Shown: one piece after another, positions 50,536 through 64,000 of the stretch | Numbering within the stretch: position 1 is the stretch's first letter | Layout: each line of letters begins with the position of its first letter | NCBI RefSeq assembly: GCF_000150275.1 | Contig: NW_002060944.1 | Coordinates: forward strand, 3,910,123 to 3,974,122 | DNA from: Trichoplax adhaerens | Lineage: Eukaryota; Animalia; Placozoa | Length of the DNA: 64,000 bases | Reading direction: 5' to 3' | The notes under the pieces: generated by a model | The model's input: the letters and a program-made list of their open reading frames with translations, nothing else | Database searches by the model: none | Told to the model about the DNA's origin: nothing | Position numbers and translations under genes: made by a program

Positions 50536-53004
50536 CTTGAATTCAGAATTTACGGTCTACAATTGAAGTTCGACTACAGTATTGCAAATAAGAAATGCAG
50601 AATAAGTATATCAGTATTACTAATATCACGCTATCATCGCTAAAGTTCCGTCTTAAAAGGGTGCACACGTACAATAGTAAATCTTCAGATTGTACAAACT
50701 TAAAAAGAAAAACTTGGATTTGTCATTTACGATAAAATATGAATAGTGTAACAGTATTATGTATTTCTTTACGAACTCAAGCTATAAGACATTGCTAGTG
50801 AAAATCAGCATTGTAAAGCCATTGCCTAGACAGACTATAATGTTTGGTTAATAAGTAGATGCTGTATCGATGTAATTGAGCTAATCAATACCGAAGATTT
50901 TCCATTATTACTTGAACGTATCTGCCCATCGCTAAATATTGTCATGATAGCGCCGGCAAGCTATATCAATATGCACAGTATTGATATACACTGATAAAGA
51001 TGGATTATATCAGACTGGAACCACCCATTCCATTGCCTATTATTATCATTTTCTTCCTCAATTTTGCCCAACACCGTATACGAATTGGTGAAAATTTGTA
51101 AGAAAACATACAGACAGTATGTGCAAAGTGGTAAAACGAGCTGACTAGTATAGCTTGACGAATGGACGCTGTATTTTACTGTCCGTTCAACTGTGCTGAG
51201 ACAACCAATAATATTGAGAATACTAGAGCTAGTGCATCATCCGAGCTTAAATGATATCCCTATCCTCTCCAAATAAAATCATTGCAAAGTGGATGATTAC
51301 CTTTTGCAGACTTGACGATCTTTTCCTTACTAAAGAAAGGCAGCCACTCAGCCAGTCCAAATCAAGGTGAATGACCGATCCCGGAGATTAACTGTCATAC
51401 AATCACTTCTGCAGTACATATTATGTCTGCGTTAGACTGTGGAGCAGTCTATCGTACTATACTGTACACTTGGTGTTATTTCAATCAGGATAGGTACTGC
51501 ACTCAGTACTGTATGTGCAGCACAGTACTACTGCTGTAATAGTCCTTGAAGAGCTTGTACTGATGCCATTGTACGTATGTACTTGTTAAGATTGTATTTA
51601 ATGGTGTGGGACTTTGATGAATCCTGACGATGATTTTAAAGTCAGCTTCTGATTCATTCCAAAAGCCATCTGACTACATGGTAGACTGGATTGATATGAT
51701 TTATACGGAATGCATTGCCTTGCCAGTGCTATACACGTATACTGTAGGTCTTTGGAATGAATAGATCAAAAAGTACAACGCTAAAAGAGGACCCGGCTAA
51801 AATCGTCTCAAAATCGAATTTGTAATTCAATGTGTCGACATTCCTATCAGTTAACTTAATCTTCAGTACTAGATGATACCTGCTAGAATAAGACTAAAAA
51901 TTCGATTGCACCACTTTCCTACATATCAATAGCGTAACTCTTAAATATGGTGCAGTAAAATAAAGATACTACTTCAGCGAATGCTGAACGAATCGATGGA
52001 GGATGCTATAGCAGACACCTGTCTTAAATGAAGCTCCTTATCGTCACCTTATTTAGTTATAATCCTTCCAGTTGAAGTCCATTTCAACTTTTTTTCTGTA
52101 AATACCATAACTCAGTCTTGTATTATAGCATTTGTTTACCATTAACATGCCTAGTACTGTCGCATACTACAATAGATTAGATGGTTTTCCCAGCAACGAC
52201 CAGCACATCTTCGTAGATTGCTGTACGCGTATAAATAGTTCGATGGACTGTAAGATTGAAAGAACATCTCTACCGCAGCGCTTTAGTATTTAATGACCAT
52301 CAAACAGTGAATATGATCAAGTCCAAAAATGTCTCCTGCAATGAAAACATTGCATATATACGAGTATACGCATATTAATAAACATTCAACTTTTCCTTTT
52401 ATTGTACCCTCCATATTGATACAAAGTCTAACAAATATCAGGTTGCATTTATGTATCCATCGAAATTTTCTTAATGATATAGTATTATGGGATCGCTTCA
52501 GACTTTTGCTAAAGTAGTTAATAAACTGCATTACGTACACCATCCATGTACAGCAGCGATAGTATAAGATACGCGTACAATATGTAATGGTAGCTTTGGA
52601 TAAGTATTGCGCACGACCGTAGAAATATCAATACCTTTTATAACGGAATAACTTAAATGCTGTATGATAAGTGACTATTACTTCTTGATTTACAAACAAA
52701 TAGGATTAAACTCATTTTACGTTAACTTAAGCACCATTTCAGTAACGGCAAGTCGTCTACACAATCACAAACGCAATACCTTATAATTTATACAGAGATA
52801 AAGGTATTCGTGTCAATGAAATAATAACTTTACAGAATAACCCGAAGTAAGGAGATAGATATATAAACAAGATCAATGGTATCGTAGATTTTGCGAGTAA
52901 CATTTATAATTCGTACAATGTTAAGTCTTTACTTTACTATAGAGTACAGTCCACCGGAATTTCTATCAAATGAGATAATTAACGTCCTATAATATTGCCT
53001 GTGA

Positions 53005-56000
53005 TCATGGCTTTATTTCTTCAGCTACTCTTCTAATAATGACTTGTCGATGTACTATAAACTCCCAATCATCTCGCCATTTTCGGTCTTGTAATTCCTC
53101 TCTTGCAAAAGAATAATTTCCATAGCTGAATCCAGCAAAGTATATAAAATAGTGAGCTATAATTCCAAGAAAGGATACAACTGCGGCAGTAAATACAAGC
53201 CTAGACTTCGGGCTGATCCTGCAAAGGTATCAATTAAAATTTTTAGATAAAATAAACTAGGAACAACTTATGCTGTAAATTATTTCGCACCTTGTCCATT
53301 GTACACTAATATGGTCAATAACAGATGACAGCAACAATATTTTGAACAAGAGGGAAGGGAGATAGAAATGAATAAAAACATTCTTCCAAATAAAGAAATA
53401 GGGTACGAAATGGATAGCCCAGCCAAGCATCAATAGTGTTCCCGAGTAGCAAAAGTGATGCCAGACATCTAAACAGAATTAAAGTAAAATTTTTCAACGG
53501 ATCATAGCAATTCTATTAAACTCATACACCAATTCAATAGATAACAAATAAATTGAAAGTACTCCTGGACTCCAACCTCTATTTATGACGTAAATTTGCC
53601 GACGCTCCAAGGCCATATAAAATACTACCAAAGCAATATAAACACACAGACTAAACGTACATGTCCACCAAACTATTGGATTACCCAAAAGATGTATTTG
53701 CCGCTAAAGTGAAATTAAATAATAATTAATAAAGCAATTAGAAAAGCTATCTACTTGATATAAAATACATGGCTAATATACTCATGCACTAACATGGTCT
53801 TTTGTATTAAACCAGAATATAAATGTGCTCTTCAATAAGGGCCAACTTGCCGCGTCGGAAGCGAATTCATGATCGACAGTTTTAAAGTTCAGAATATATA
53901 TTATTCGCTGTATTAACCGCAGTTATTAAAAAAGAACTTAGTATCATATCCCTATTGTGCGAGTAGCACCTACATCCACCCTGATGGTGCAATTTATGTA
54001 ATTACAATATGAATGGTAACCTGCATCTCCAAAAATTTATCCAAAAAAGGCATTGAAATAGATTCGTCTTCTTTATTATATTGTTTCTGCACAGGAACTG
54101 GAATCAATATAATCAAAGACATATCGGATAAGGTAAACACAAATTATCAATACGAAGACTACTTTATAAGCTGCTCAATCATTTCATATTAATAGCCAAA
54201 CAAATCTGATTATAAACTTGCCTCCATCAATTTTATGTTCTTCTACATTCCATAAAGAGCTATCTAACTTCAAATTTCTATCTGTAACCACCTATCCCCA
54301 AGAGTGAATTAATATTAGCAAGATATTTCACATCACATAGTGTTTATCAATCTACCATTTAAATCATTTTGTCATTAGTATATGGTACCTCTAATTGATA
54401 GAATCCCCAATTCGGTAGTTGCTTTCCGCTCGTCTATTGCCAGACGATACAATACGCTATGTTAATTTGTTATAAATTAAAAGTAATAAATCGAATGTTA
54501 TGCGTACTGTTAAAGCTTGTTTCGTTGCCAAGTGAATAAAGCGGATTCTAGAGTTCAATTGAGTCCATGTTCCATTTGCGTTTGGATTTTCAATTTTCTG
54601 ATAATTATTGTAAGTATTATTACTGCATTAATTAAGCTAAAGTTTATTTACACAATGTGATCTTTTCGAAAAACACTATATAAATCTCTATCGGAATGGT
54701 TACATACCAACTGCCATAAATCTTGTTTCACTAAGTTAGTTTTATTATAGTGGACGAAACAAGCGACTTCTTGATGAGTTGGAGTCACCGGGCTGGCAAC
54801 ATTATGACTACGAAAATAGCGTTATAGAATAGACTTAAAAAAAAAATTTGATATTTAAAGTGTTCGCGGCTAAAAATAACCTTTACCTATTCAGGGTCCG
54901 ATTCGTTTTTACATGAACTAACTGGATAATGTCTCCATCCTTGACAGCTCTATGCGGCGTTTCGACTGTTTGATTAGTACTAAATAGCAATATTAATACA
55001 TTAATATTTATTTACTTTGAAAATAGTAAGAGATGCTTACTTACCTTTTAGGATCCTTAATAATCCACCAATTATTCGGATCCTTGTAAGTGTAACAAGT
55101 GACTTGCTGTTGACCACTACTACCTCTGCCATCAGGATATTTGATAGGATATATATGCTCATGGGAATGTAACCAACATGGATGGTTGGTATATATTTGG
55201 CGAAGTGTCAGCTTGGAACCGTACACAATTTCTAAGTTAATAAAATTTAGAATATTCTTATCATTCATACAAGTAATCATAACAAATGCGGTATATGTAA
55301 GTCCATCCGAAGAGAATAAATACGCTATTGTATTAAAATAAGCATGAAACATACATGAACAAATCAAAAATACAATATATCGTACCCTTTGGTTGATTGA
55401 TAACGACAGAAGCTAATCCTCCCTTATTATAGTTATCAATAATTAAAAATGTTACATATTTTAGTACAAACTCTATAAAAAATCGCTGAAGCAACGTGTC
55501 TGCAGTACAATGATATGTATCCTTCAACTAATCGTAATAGCATGATTTTTCATACTTTAAGGCTGGCCTGAAATTTGCTTGACATTAACTGATCCTGTGG
55601 ACCACTGCGAGGTGCCATTTTAAAATGAATATAAAACTGAAAAGCATAAAGTATCGCAGGAACAACTATGAAAGCTGCAAAGCAGAAACCACAGTAACTC
55701 CATAGCTTTCTCTTTATATAATAAAATACAAGGAAAATTAGTTATTGATTTATGACAAAAACGCGAATAAGTTATAATCAAATTTCTGCAAAACTAATAA
55801 TAATTTCTTACGGTTTTGATGTTACGATCAGCAATCAGCAGCCATAAATCGTAAGCCGCTAACAGTATAATGTATGCTACAGTATACAGTCCACTATATT
55901 TAGTGCTAAAAATAGCCAGATAAATGTCTTTTTAATAAACTTGATATGTGTGCACTATGATATATTTAATGAAAGCAAATATGAACTTACTATGAATCCT

Positions 56001-59000
56001 AATATATTAATCATAATTTTAGTACACTAACAGTTACGAACCTAAATGCTCCACATAGGCACAAACCAGTAAGAAAAAGATACCGAAACCACTTTGCAGA
56101 GAAAAGCCTATAAAATTTTAAGGTATTAACAGTAAAAAGCAATTAATGAGACAAAGGATTGCTTGAGTAATTGAGCAGTAACAAAAATACGAGCTAGGGG
56201 TAATATAATGTGCAATTAGTAGGACAATCACCAGAAGAATATTTCAGTAAGTAAATCAAAATATAATGGTACCTAGAATGCGATTCCGCTCGAAGTAAAA
56301 GATAGCAATATAATGAAGCCAAGATGAAGAAAAGTAATATCGGTTCCAGTAACATAAAACGGGATTGAGTTAATAAGGCATTATCTATGCACACAGAAGA
56401 ATATTTTGCAGAAATTTTAGTTTCTCCATGACATCAGCTATTTCGTTATAGTCTAATTAACAATCTACGAACCAAATATAACCAAGATGCAGGCAACAGA
56501 GGCAGTTGAGCGACTATGTCCAAGTTGTTGCATAATCTACGGCGTAAATAATACGTCGATCAAGGTCAGCTGTTGACAATACAGCCTTAACTTTTGATCA
56601 ATCACTATTTAGATGGTACACTCTTACCGAATAAATTAGAGGAATATGCATAGTGGCAAAAAACGCACAGCATGAACGGAGAGCCTGAATAGGAACATCA
56701 TTGGGCATTGCTAATGATGTGAACATAAAAATTTGATAATTAGCTAATACCATACCACATGCACGTATAAAAAAGTTAGTGATCGTGATTCCTATAACTA
56801 ATACTACTGTCTATGTATGTAGTCACCGATGGGCGAATAATTATGATAAATATAAGAATGATAATAAAATCAACAGTTATTTTCTAAGCAATCACGACGA
56901 TATATGTAATCAATCACACTTCATCCATGTTGATGGTACACTAGTACAATGTGTATAGCGTACCATATTTAATTTAGACTTACCTGTACCAACTGGTTCG
57001 AAAGTAAAATTTCCATTATACCCTGCGAAATTGCCTATTGCATAATAAATAAGTAAATAAGCAATTACCGTTATAAAATTACCGTATAACTGTTTCTCTT
57101 CTAATAACTATCGACAGCACTCAATGTTATTGCAATTACCGCTTATATTTATGTTACCCATCAAAATTATTTCCACTCACCCACAAAGGTATATAAAAGC
57201 TTAGCTAGTGGAGGGAAAGCATCGATAAAAAATATACCTCTTCCATACATGAATAAAGCTTTTCCAGCTAAAATTTCGTCAAATCTATTTTAATATGTAA
57301 ATCGAATGTGATCACTTAGTATCGCATTACTAATTTAACAAAGAAAAAGTTTAAAAATATATAAGATTCAATTTGAAAATTATAAGACTAGTTTACTAAA
57401 TACTAGCATAACTTTTATTGTACTAAAATTGCATTATTGTAATTTTAGTGAACAGTACAAAGTATTATAGAGATCATTGTAGATACAATATTCAAGAAGT
57501 TTATGATACTAATCTATAAATAAAACTGCATAATTAAATTGAGAAGGACGTCTCGTAGGAAACCAAGCTCTCACCATAAATATTAGTATAATGAAGGTAA
57601 GGTAAAGTAAGCAATTAATCATTCTAAAGTATACATGTATAGTATTCAACTCATACACTTATTTTCGACTTGCTTTGGTCGATATATACAATCTACCGTC
57701 TTTCGCGACATCGTGCGTTATACGCTACTATAAAATCAATCAATTAAAACTGTCCTAACGAATTTTATTCTGGTTACGTTGACAATTTGTAATTTACTGT
57801 TGCTCTACACCGTGCAACAGTAGTAGTGATATTGAAAGAGTATAGTGGTGGAATAAAGATATTATTGTAGTTACTACCATTGTGGTATACGTATTAAAGC
57901 CCAAAATTTCCCTTATCATATTCAGAGATACCTCAACAGTTACCGTACATTACTACACGTTTAAATAGTCAAGACAATCAAAAATTTACTAATCTTATCA
58001 TGATACTTACATAACATTGCTCGGATGGCAGAGATTATAAAATCGAGTAAGTGCACAGAGGAAAGTTAATCCAATCAACATTACGTCTAATTCTAACTTG
58101 ACCTTATAACTAAAATAAGGTAATAAGAAATCCTGGCTTTCAGTAACGGTATTGTCGACAGTGGCTAATGATGGATATTTCTCAGTATCATTAGCGCTTC
58201 TGTCATGCAACGATGCTGATGTCGTCGTAGTTTCCTATATGGAAATAATCGGGATTAATCATTGAACTACTAAACAAAACTGTTATTACTCGTATTTGGC
58301 ATATTGAAATAAAGAACAATTTTAACACGTGTAATTAAAGACATAACAGGTAAAGAATTATAATTGAATGTTATTGCATTTCGTAGCAATTATATGATTG
58401 GTCAATACACATTGTTTTTGTCAACATATTAACAAATTTTGACAATAATTAGAACTAATCAAAACAAATCGGATATCAGTAAGTTGAGGCAGTAATTTAC
58501 GTAGCATTACAGTACACTAAGAAAAAATGAATACATTTAACACTTTAGAGCTGTTGATGATGGCATGTGTGTTTTAGTAAATTAGTTTTAGTTGAAAATT
58601 GGCCTTTAAAGCTCTAATTCAATTATGATCGTACTTGTGTATCGACGTAAAATATTTAAAAATTGACACTATACAACTACAGCATTCGAGTATTGTTACA
58701 TTTTTTGGGCCCAGTCTTACAAATTAAATTAGCAATTTTTTGTCGGATTAATTATTTGTAATAGTATTCAATATTATTGTTGATGATATTTTAGTCCACT
58801 GTAAGCATAAATTCATGTACTTATACTGTAGTGCTAGCAGAAAAGCTTCCGCAAAGTTCGATAACCACAGCAGGTGTTTAGGAAGACTCAGCATAATATC
58901 CGTAAAATCAAGAACTTATTATCAATAAGGTAAAATAAAGACATTTGAACTATACTTATACAAAAAGGAGAGAAATGCATTACTTTAATGTAAAAAGATG

Positions 59001-60420
59001 ACAATATTATGCTGTATTCATTCCATTGATTAATTAGACATCGATTAAATAGTTAAATCAATATGTATTTATTCTCAGTCATCTTATTGTACTAGTAAAA
59101 TGAATCAAGAGCTAAAATGAAGTATGCTTATCAATGAAACGATCAATATGAGAGTGATTTAACTTTTCAAAGTAATTTTACTTTATTGTGAGAAATATCA
59201 ATCCTTTGATTATAAATTTAATAAGACTGTCTGGACTTGGTAGGGTATAATTTATCAACGTACGTATCATTTGATGGATATCAATTTATTTTGATTAGTC
59301 TCTACATATAGTTGATAGAACATTACATTAGGATGTCTAATATGTAAGCAGTTCATTTATCCATTTTGATCTACTTTATGCGGAAAATAAATTAATTGTA
59401 ATAAGCAAAAGTAATGTATTAGTAAGAATTATTTAGGTGAAGCAATGACCACGGTCGTATATCGATATTTTGAACAGTATGATTGCGATACGATAAATTT
59501 TGTATTTAAAGTCATGCACTTATTGTCAACGATTTACGAAGCACTATCCAGTTAAAGTAGTTGATTGGAAATTTTTAAACCTGTAGTATTCATGAAAGAG
59601 TACCAGATAGAGCCCTTGAAGACAAGGGCTTTAATTGTAACAAGAGGCATTGTTAAATAGTGAATTAGCTTGATAAAGTATCTGATGGATTTCGTTTTTC
59701 AAGTGCAGCACTACTGTTAAAAATGAATGAACAAACAGTTTTACGCTATACGTAAGATGCCAGTCAATGATGAGAAAGTTATAAAAATAAAAGCAAATCC
59801 ATTGTTAACGTATCAAGTCGATTTAAGATTGTAATATCCAACAATAAAATGAAGTGAAAATCTGAAATTGGATATCGCTCGATATACATAATGGACTAAA
59901 TACGAAAGGGTGAGAAGACAGTCGGTACAAAAATCATCCAACACTCATGGTGTTGGAAATATTGACACGATTTATGGACTTGGTAGCGTTGTTTGACTTG
60001 ATCGTTTAGCTCATATTCTACAAGGGCAACTTCATTATTCAAAATGAGTATAGTTATTTTTATATGGCAGCCATTGGACTAGCACTATAAAAGAATACAT
60101 AAGTGGCCCAACGACTCAAGGCTATCATTGACGATCCAATGATCCAGACGAGGCTAATCGTCTATGGATAGCGGTCATAGGCTGACTCGTAGCAAACAAA
60201 CGATCCATGGTGACAAAGGGTTAAATGAGTTAATTACCTTTTGCAGTAAAGAGGATTGATTGGCATTTTGCTCTGTCGATTGATCTAAGCCATTTTTAAT
60301 TTCAACCTTTTTAGATGATTGATTTTTGGCATCTTTTCTCTGTCTGGATTTGCCAGTCGATTTACTCGTATGACTATCGTGGGCTTTACTGGGATTGGAC
60401 TCATTGTTATCCATTGCCAT
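53005..60420 (-). CDS. POMT1: Protein O-mannosyltransferase 1
   Basis: About 22 exons, first 60420-60238 (assignment less certain), then 58234-58011, 57284-57181 ... 53218-53005. Motifs: [48 protein letters not shown], the POMT1-type MIR segment [70 protein letters not shown], and C-terminal KWRDDWEF. Confidence 0.93.
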
Positions 60421-61498
60421 TCTTAACGTCTTTGACTGTACTATTGATATGAAGAGATACAAGATGAGCGTTATTCATCATCATTACTGTCATGAAATCA
60501 TTGAAAAAGGAGCAGTTTCAATTCTAAGCTTATAGCATAGTTTTAAATATGGATGCATTAAAGAAAAAGAACCCATTTCGGATGGAATGACTATCCAATC
60601 ATCAGAGTAATAACAGACAAATTGGAAGACTTTTTCTTGGATAGCCAATAGCTTTCACTTTAACAATCGAATGCATCACCGTCTTTGCTACACTATGCAC
60701 GAGCAAAAATCCCTTGCCATTCCAACCTAAGAATATCATCCTACTGCCTATCCAACTTACCAAAAGAATAGCTATCACAACTGGCAATAGAGCAATATCG
60801 GTCAGTGAAAAAAAATGGTGGAAATTTCTAGACCAAAGCCGTTCACAGCAATTCACTGACGAAGAAGAACCTCTTGACTCTCTGGAGAGTGAGAGCAGGT
60901 AGAGTGAGGTATCATGAGTAAAGTGTGTCATTTTACGCACGATCGCTGGTGGTACGTGTGACTGGTGTGAATGCCGGCCGCATTGAGTTGCCATTGGTTT
61001 CAGTTCTCTACTGATACGACGGACCGTTGTCTTCCTAGTGGTTCGTGACTGCCCACTTTGCCGTGCTTCAGTACTGGTACCCACGGCGGTGTCACACGCT
61101 TGCGATTGACACCTACAGTACGGTCATCAAAAGTGACTGACTGTGCTGTCGTGCGGCCAACTGGACGACAGCGTACTGTACGAGTGTGCGTACTAGAATA
61201 GAGGGTGTGTTAGTACCGTCTAGCGATTCATTGTTCATGTGCTTCAGTACCTGTAGATTGCGCTGGATTCCAAGCACAGCACTCATGGTCAAGTTGCAGC
61301 TCGAATGGAGAACTATTCCATCATTTGCATCAAGTTTTATAGTGTAGAATAGGAATTAGATCTAAAATAGACACTGTATGCCATTGGAACTATGAATAAC
61401 CAACTGATCTTGAGTAATAACGAGTAAGCTACGGTAGGAAGGCGATTGACGCAGAAGGCAAGCAGTTGATGACTGAAGCGGAAGAGCACACCCTTAAA

Positions 61499-62272
61499 AT
61501 AGAAATTAGATCAAAACGAGAAGGCTATCCACGCACTATGCAAACAGTGGATCATTTGATTAACGTTGAAGTATAGGATAGAAATTAGATTAAAATAAGT
61601 AAGCTGCTGCACGAAGGCTGTCTACACACAATGTAAACAGTCGATCATTTGATTAACGTTGAAGTACAGTGTATAGGATAGAAATTAGATTAAAATAAGT
61701 AAACTACCGCAGGAAGGCTAGCCATGCACAATGCAAACAGTGGATCATTTGATTAACGTTGAAGTATAGGGTAGAAATTAGATTAAAATAAGTAAACTAC
61801 TGCAGGGATGCTATCCACGCACAATGCAAACAACGGATCGTTTGATTAACGTTAAAGTATAGGATAGAAGTTTGATCAAAACGAGAAGGCTATCCATGCA
61901 CAATGCAAACAGTCGATCATTTGATTAACGTTGAAGTATAGGATAGAAATTAGATTAAAATAAGTAAACTACCGCAGGAAGGCTAGCCATGCACAATGCA
62001 AACAGTCGATCATTTGATTAACGTTGAAGTACAGTGTATAGGATAGAAATTAGATTAAAATAAGTAAACTACTGCACGAAGGCTAGCCACGCACAATGCA
62101 AACAGTCGATCATTTGATTAACGTTGAAGTATAGGATAGAAATTAGATTAAAATAAGTAAACTACTGCAGGAAGGCTAGCCATGCACAATGCAAACAGTC
62201 GATCATTTGATTAACGTTGAAGTATAGGATAGAAACTAGATTATAATAAGTAAACTACTGCAGGAAGGCTAG
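61499..62272. repeat. Roughly 93-bp minisatellite with a 365-bp higher-order repeat; decayed copies flank it from about 61300 to 62660
   Basis: Monomer starts (ATAGAAATTAGA-like) at 61499, 61578, 61678, 61771, 61864, 61943, 62043, 62136 and 62229. Spacings are 79, 100, 93, 93, 79, 100, 93, 93. Confidence 0.95.
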
Positions 62273-64000
62273 CTTCGCAGACATTAAGCAAGCTACCATT
62301 GGAAGGCTCACTGCTAATTGCAGTACAATAGACTGCAAATACGAGCTTGTAGCTGATCATTTGCATGAAGTTATAGTACAAAACTAGCTAGTGTTGACTA
62401 CAAATAAGTAAATTGCCGCAGGAAGGCTAATTATCATTCATGCAAACAGTTGATCACTTGAATGAAGTTAAAGTATAGAATAGGAATCAGACAGAAAATG
62501 AATATTGTCTATCATCGGAATGACGCATATAAATAATCAATTGGTATTAACTACCAAAACAAGTACTGTAAGCTACCGCAGGAAGGCGAACCATCATACA
62601 AAAAGTTGATCATCTGAATGAAGTTACAATATAGAAAAGAACTTAGATAGAAAATACCTTCAGTACAAGAGATACTCTCGAATGGTATCGATAATCAAAG
62701 CGATGAATAACCAACTGATATTGACTACTACCAAGTAAGCTAATGCAAGAAGTCCAACGATAATTATAATCGTAACACTTCTGTGGCTACTATTTTTACT
62801 ACTTGATTGTACTGCGTTGAAATGTGCCAGAACCGATATTTTGCACACATACATGCAGCATAGACTGTTCGAGTGCGCTACTGTAGTAAACTAACTTAGC
62901 AAAGCTAAACATAATATAATGCAAGTAGTATTCTTGCAAAAGCAATGACTTTTATTAACACCTAATGGCTTAAGTAGTACAGTATACAATTCATTTATAG
63001 TTACACTTTTAAAATTTTATTCTCAATGACGGCTGGTTAAAACCAAAGTATTTTATTCCTCCATTTCCCTACTATACGATTCGTATACGAGCATTTTTAA
63101 CTCGCATTTTAACACGACTTTAAGAAATATCAAAGCAAATTGAGGCATATCAATATCCACTAGCATGTTATTGCTTAATTCTTCCTCGATAATTGCAATA
63201 GTTACACTATCAGACTGAATACCGAATACACTACAACCGTTATTGGCAATAAAAATTCGAGTTATTTCTCAGTTATAATGAGAGTAAGCAGGCACCATAA
63301 AATTGATAGCAAGAAAGCTAAAAGCGCTGTAATCAAACTAGCAACTACCTATTACATCAATAAAACTATATTCTACAATTATTTGTACTAGTGACTTCCT
63401 ACAATATTCTACTAACTACTAAAAATGATCAATTATTTAATGGCATTTGTCTTTCAAAGTATTTACCAAAAATAGATGATAATTGTATATTACGCACAAG
63501 TACCTTAAATCTCATGCCAACTATAAAACAAATGAACAGCAAATACTCGTAAAATCAAGTTTAGCAAGGCTGATAAACAGTGTCTTATTATACAAACATT
63601 ATATTCTTAATGTGTATACGTAAATTGGTAAATTCCTATATTAGATATAGCATAACATACTTATAGATTTGACTATTTAAATAAATGTTTTATAACAAAC
63701 AGAAAAGACAAGATAACGGAGCAATGTACTTGCAAAAGCGTCGTAGAAATAAATAGAATAGAACATATAATACATATACCAGATATTTAGGAGACCATAT
63801 TATAATCTACCTTAATATCGATGATATAGGATGCTCGCACGATCTATCGTGCAGCAACATTGAATTAGATGGCTAAGATATGCAATCAATTGTACCGTAA
63901 AATTGTCGACAAATTTGTTGTTCTTGCTTATCTAAAACACTGCTCCTCGCACCCCACGAATAGAATAGGCCGGAGAGGACGGTTTGCATAAATCAATTTG

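Noticed and set aside
60602-61084. 160-aa minus-strand ORF upstream of POMT1
   Set aside because: GTG start and no recognisable domain; most likely 5'-UTR or promoter sequence, though a translated uORF cannot be excluded.

Overview
AT-rich eukaryotic genomic DNA from an animal, with compact genes and many short (about 70-130 nt) GT-AG introns. The overall style suggests an early-branching animal such as a placozoan (Trichoplax-like); this is an inference. Manual splicing gives nine protein-coding genes: the 3' part of WDR5 (+); an NHE1-5-like Na+/H+ exchanger with a His-rich tail (+); a roughly 1,500-aa 'mini-hemicentin' with degenerate VWA, 3 Ig, TSP1, G2F, 10 EGF and a fibulin C-domain (+); RPA12/POLR1H (-) head-to-head with BUB3 (+); a tandem double rhodanese (-) head-to-head with an intronless DDAH (+); a roughly 400-aa BAG6-like protein (-); and POMT1 (-). 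Non-coding highlights: a six-unit array of 80-81-bp hairpins separated by spacers with a period near 148 bp, dense TACAGT/ACTGTA clusters at the 5' ends of most genes, several minisatellites with higher-order structure, and isolated perfect hairpins. No tRNA, rRNA, true CRISPR array or autonomous transposon was recognised. Exon coordinates were read by hand and may be off by a few bases.
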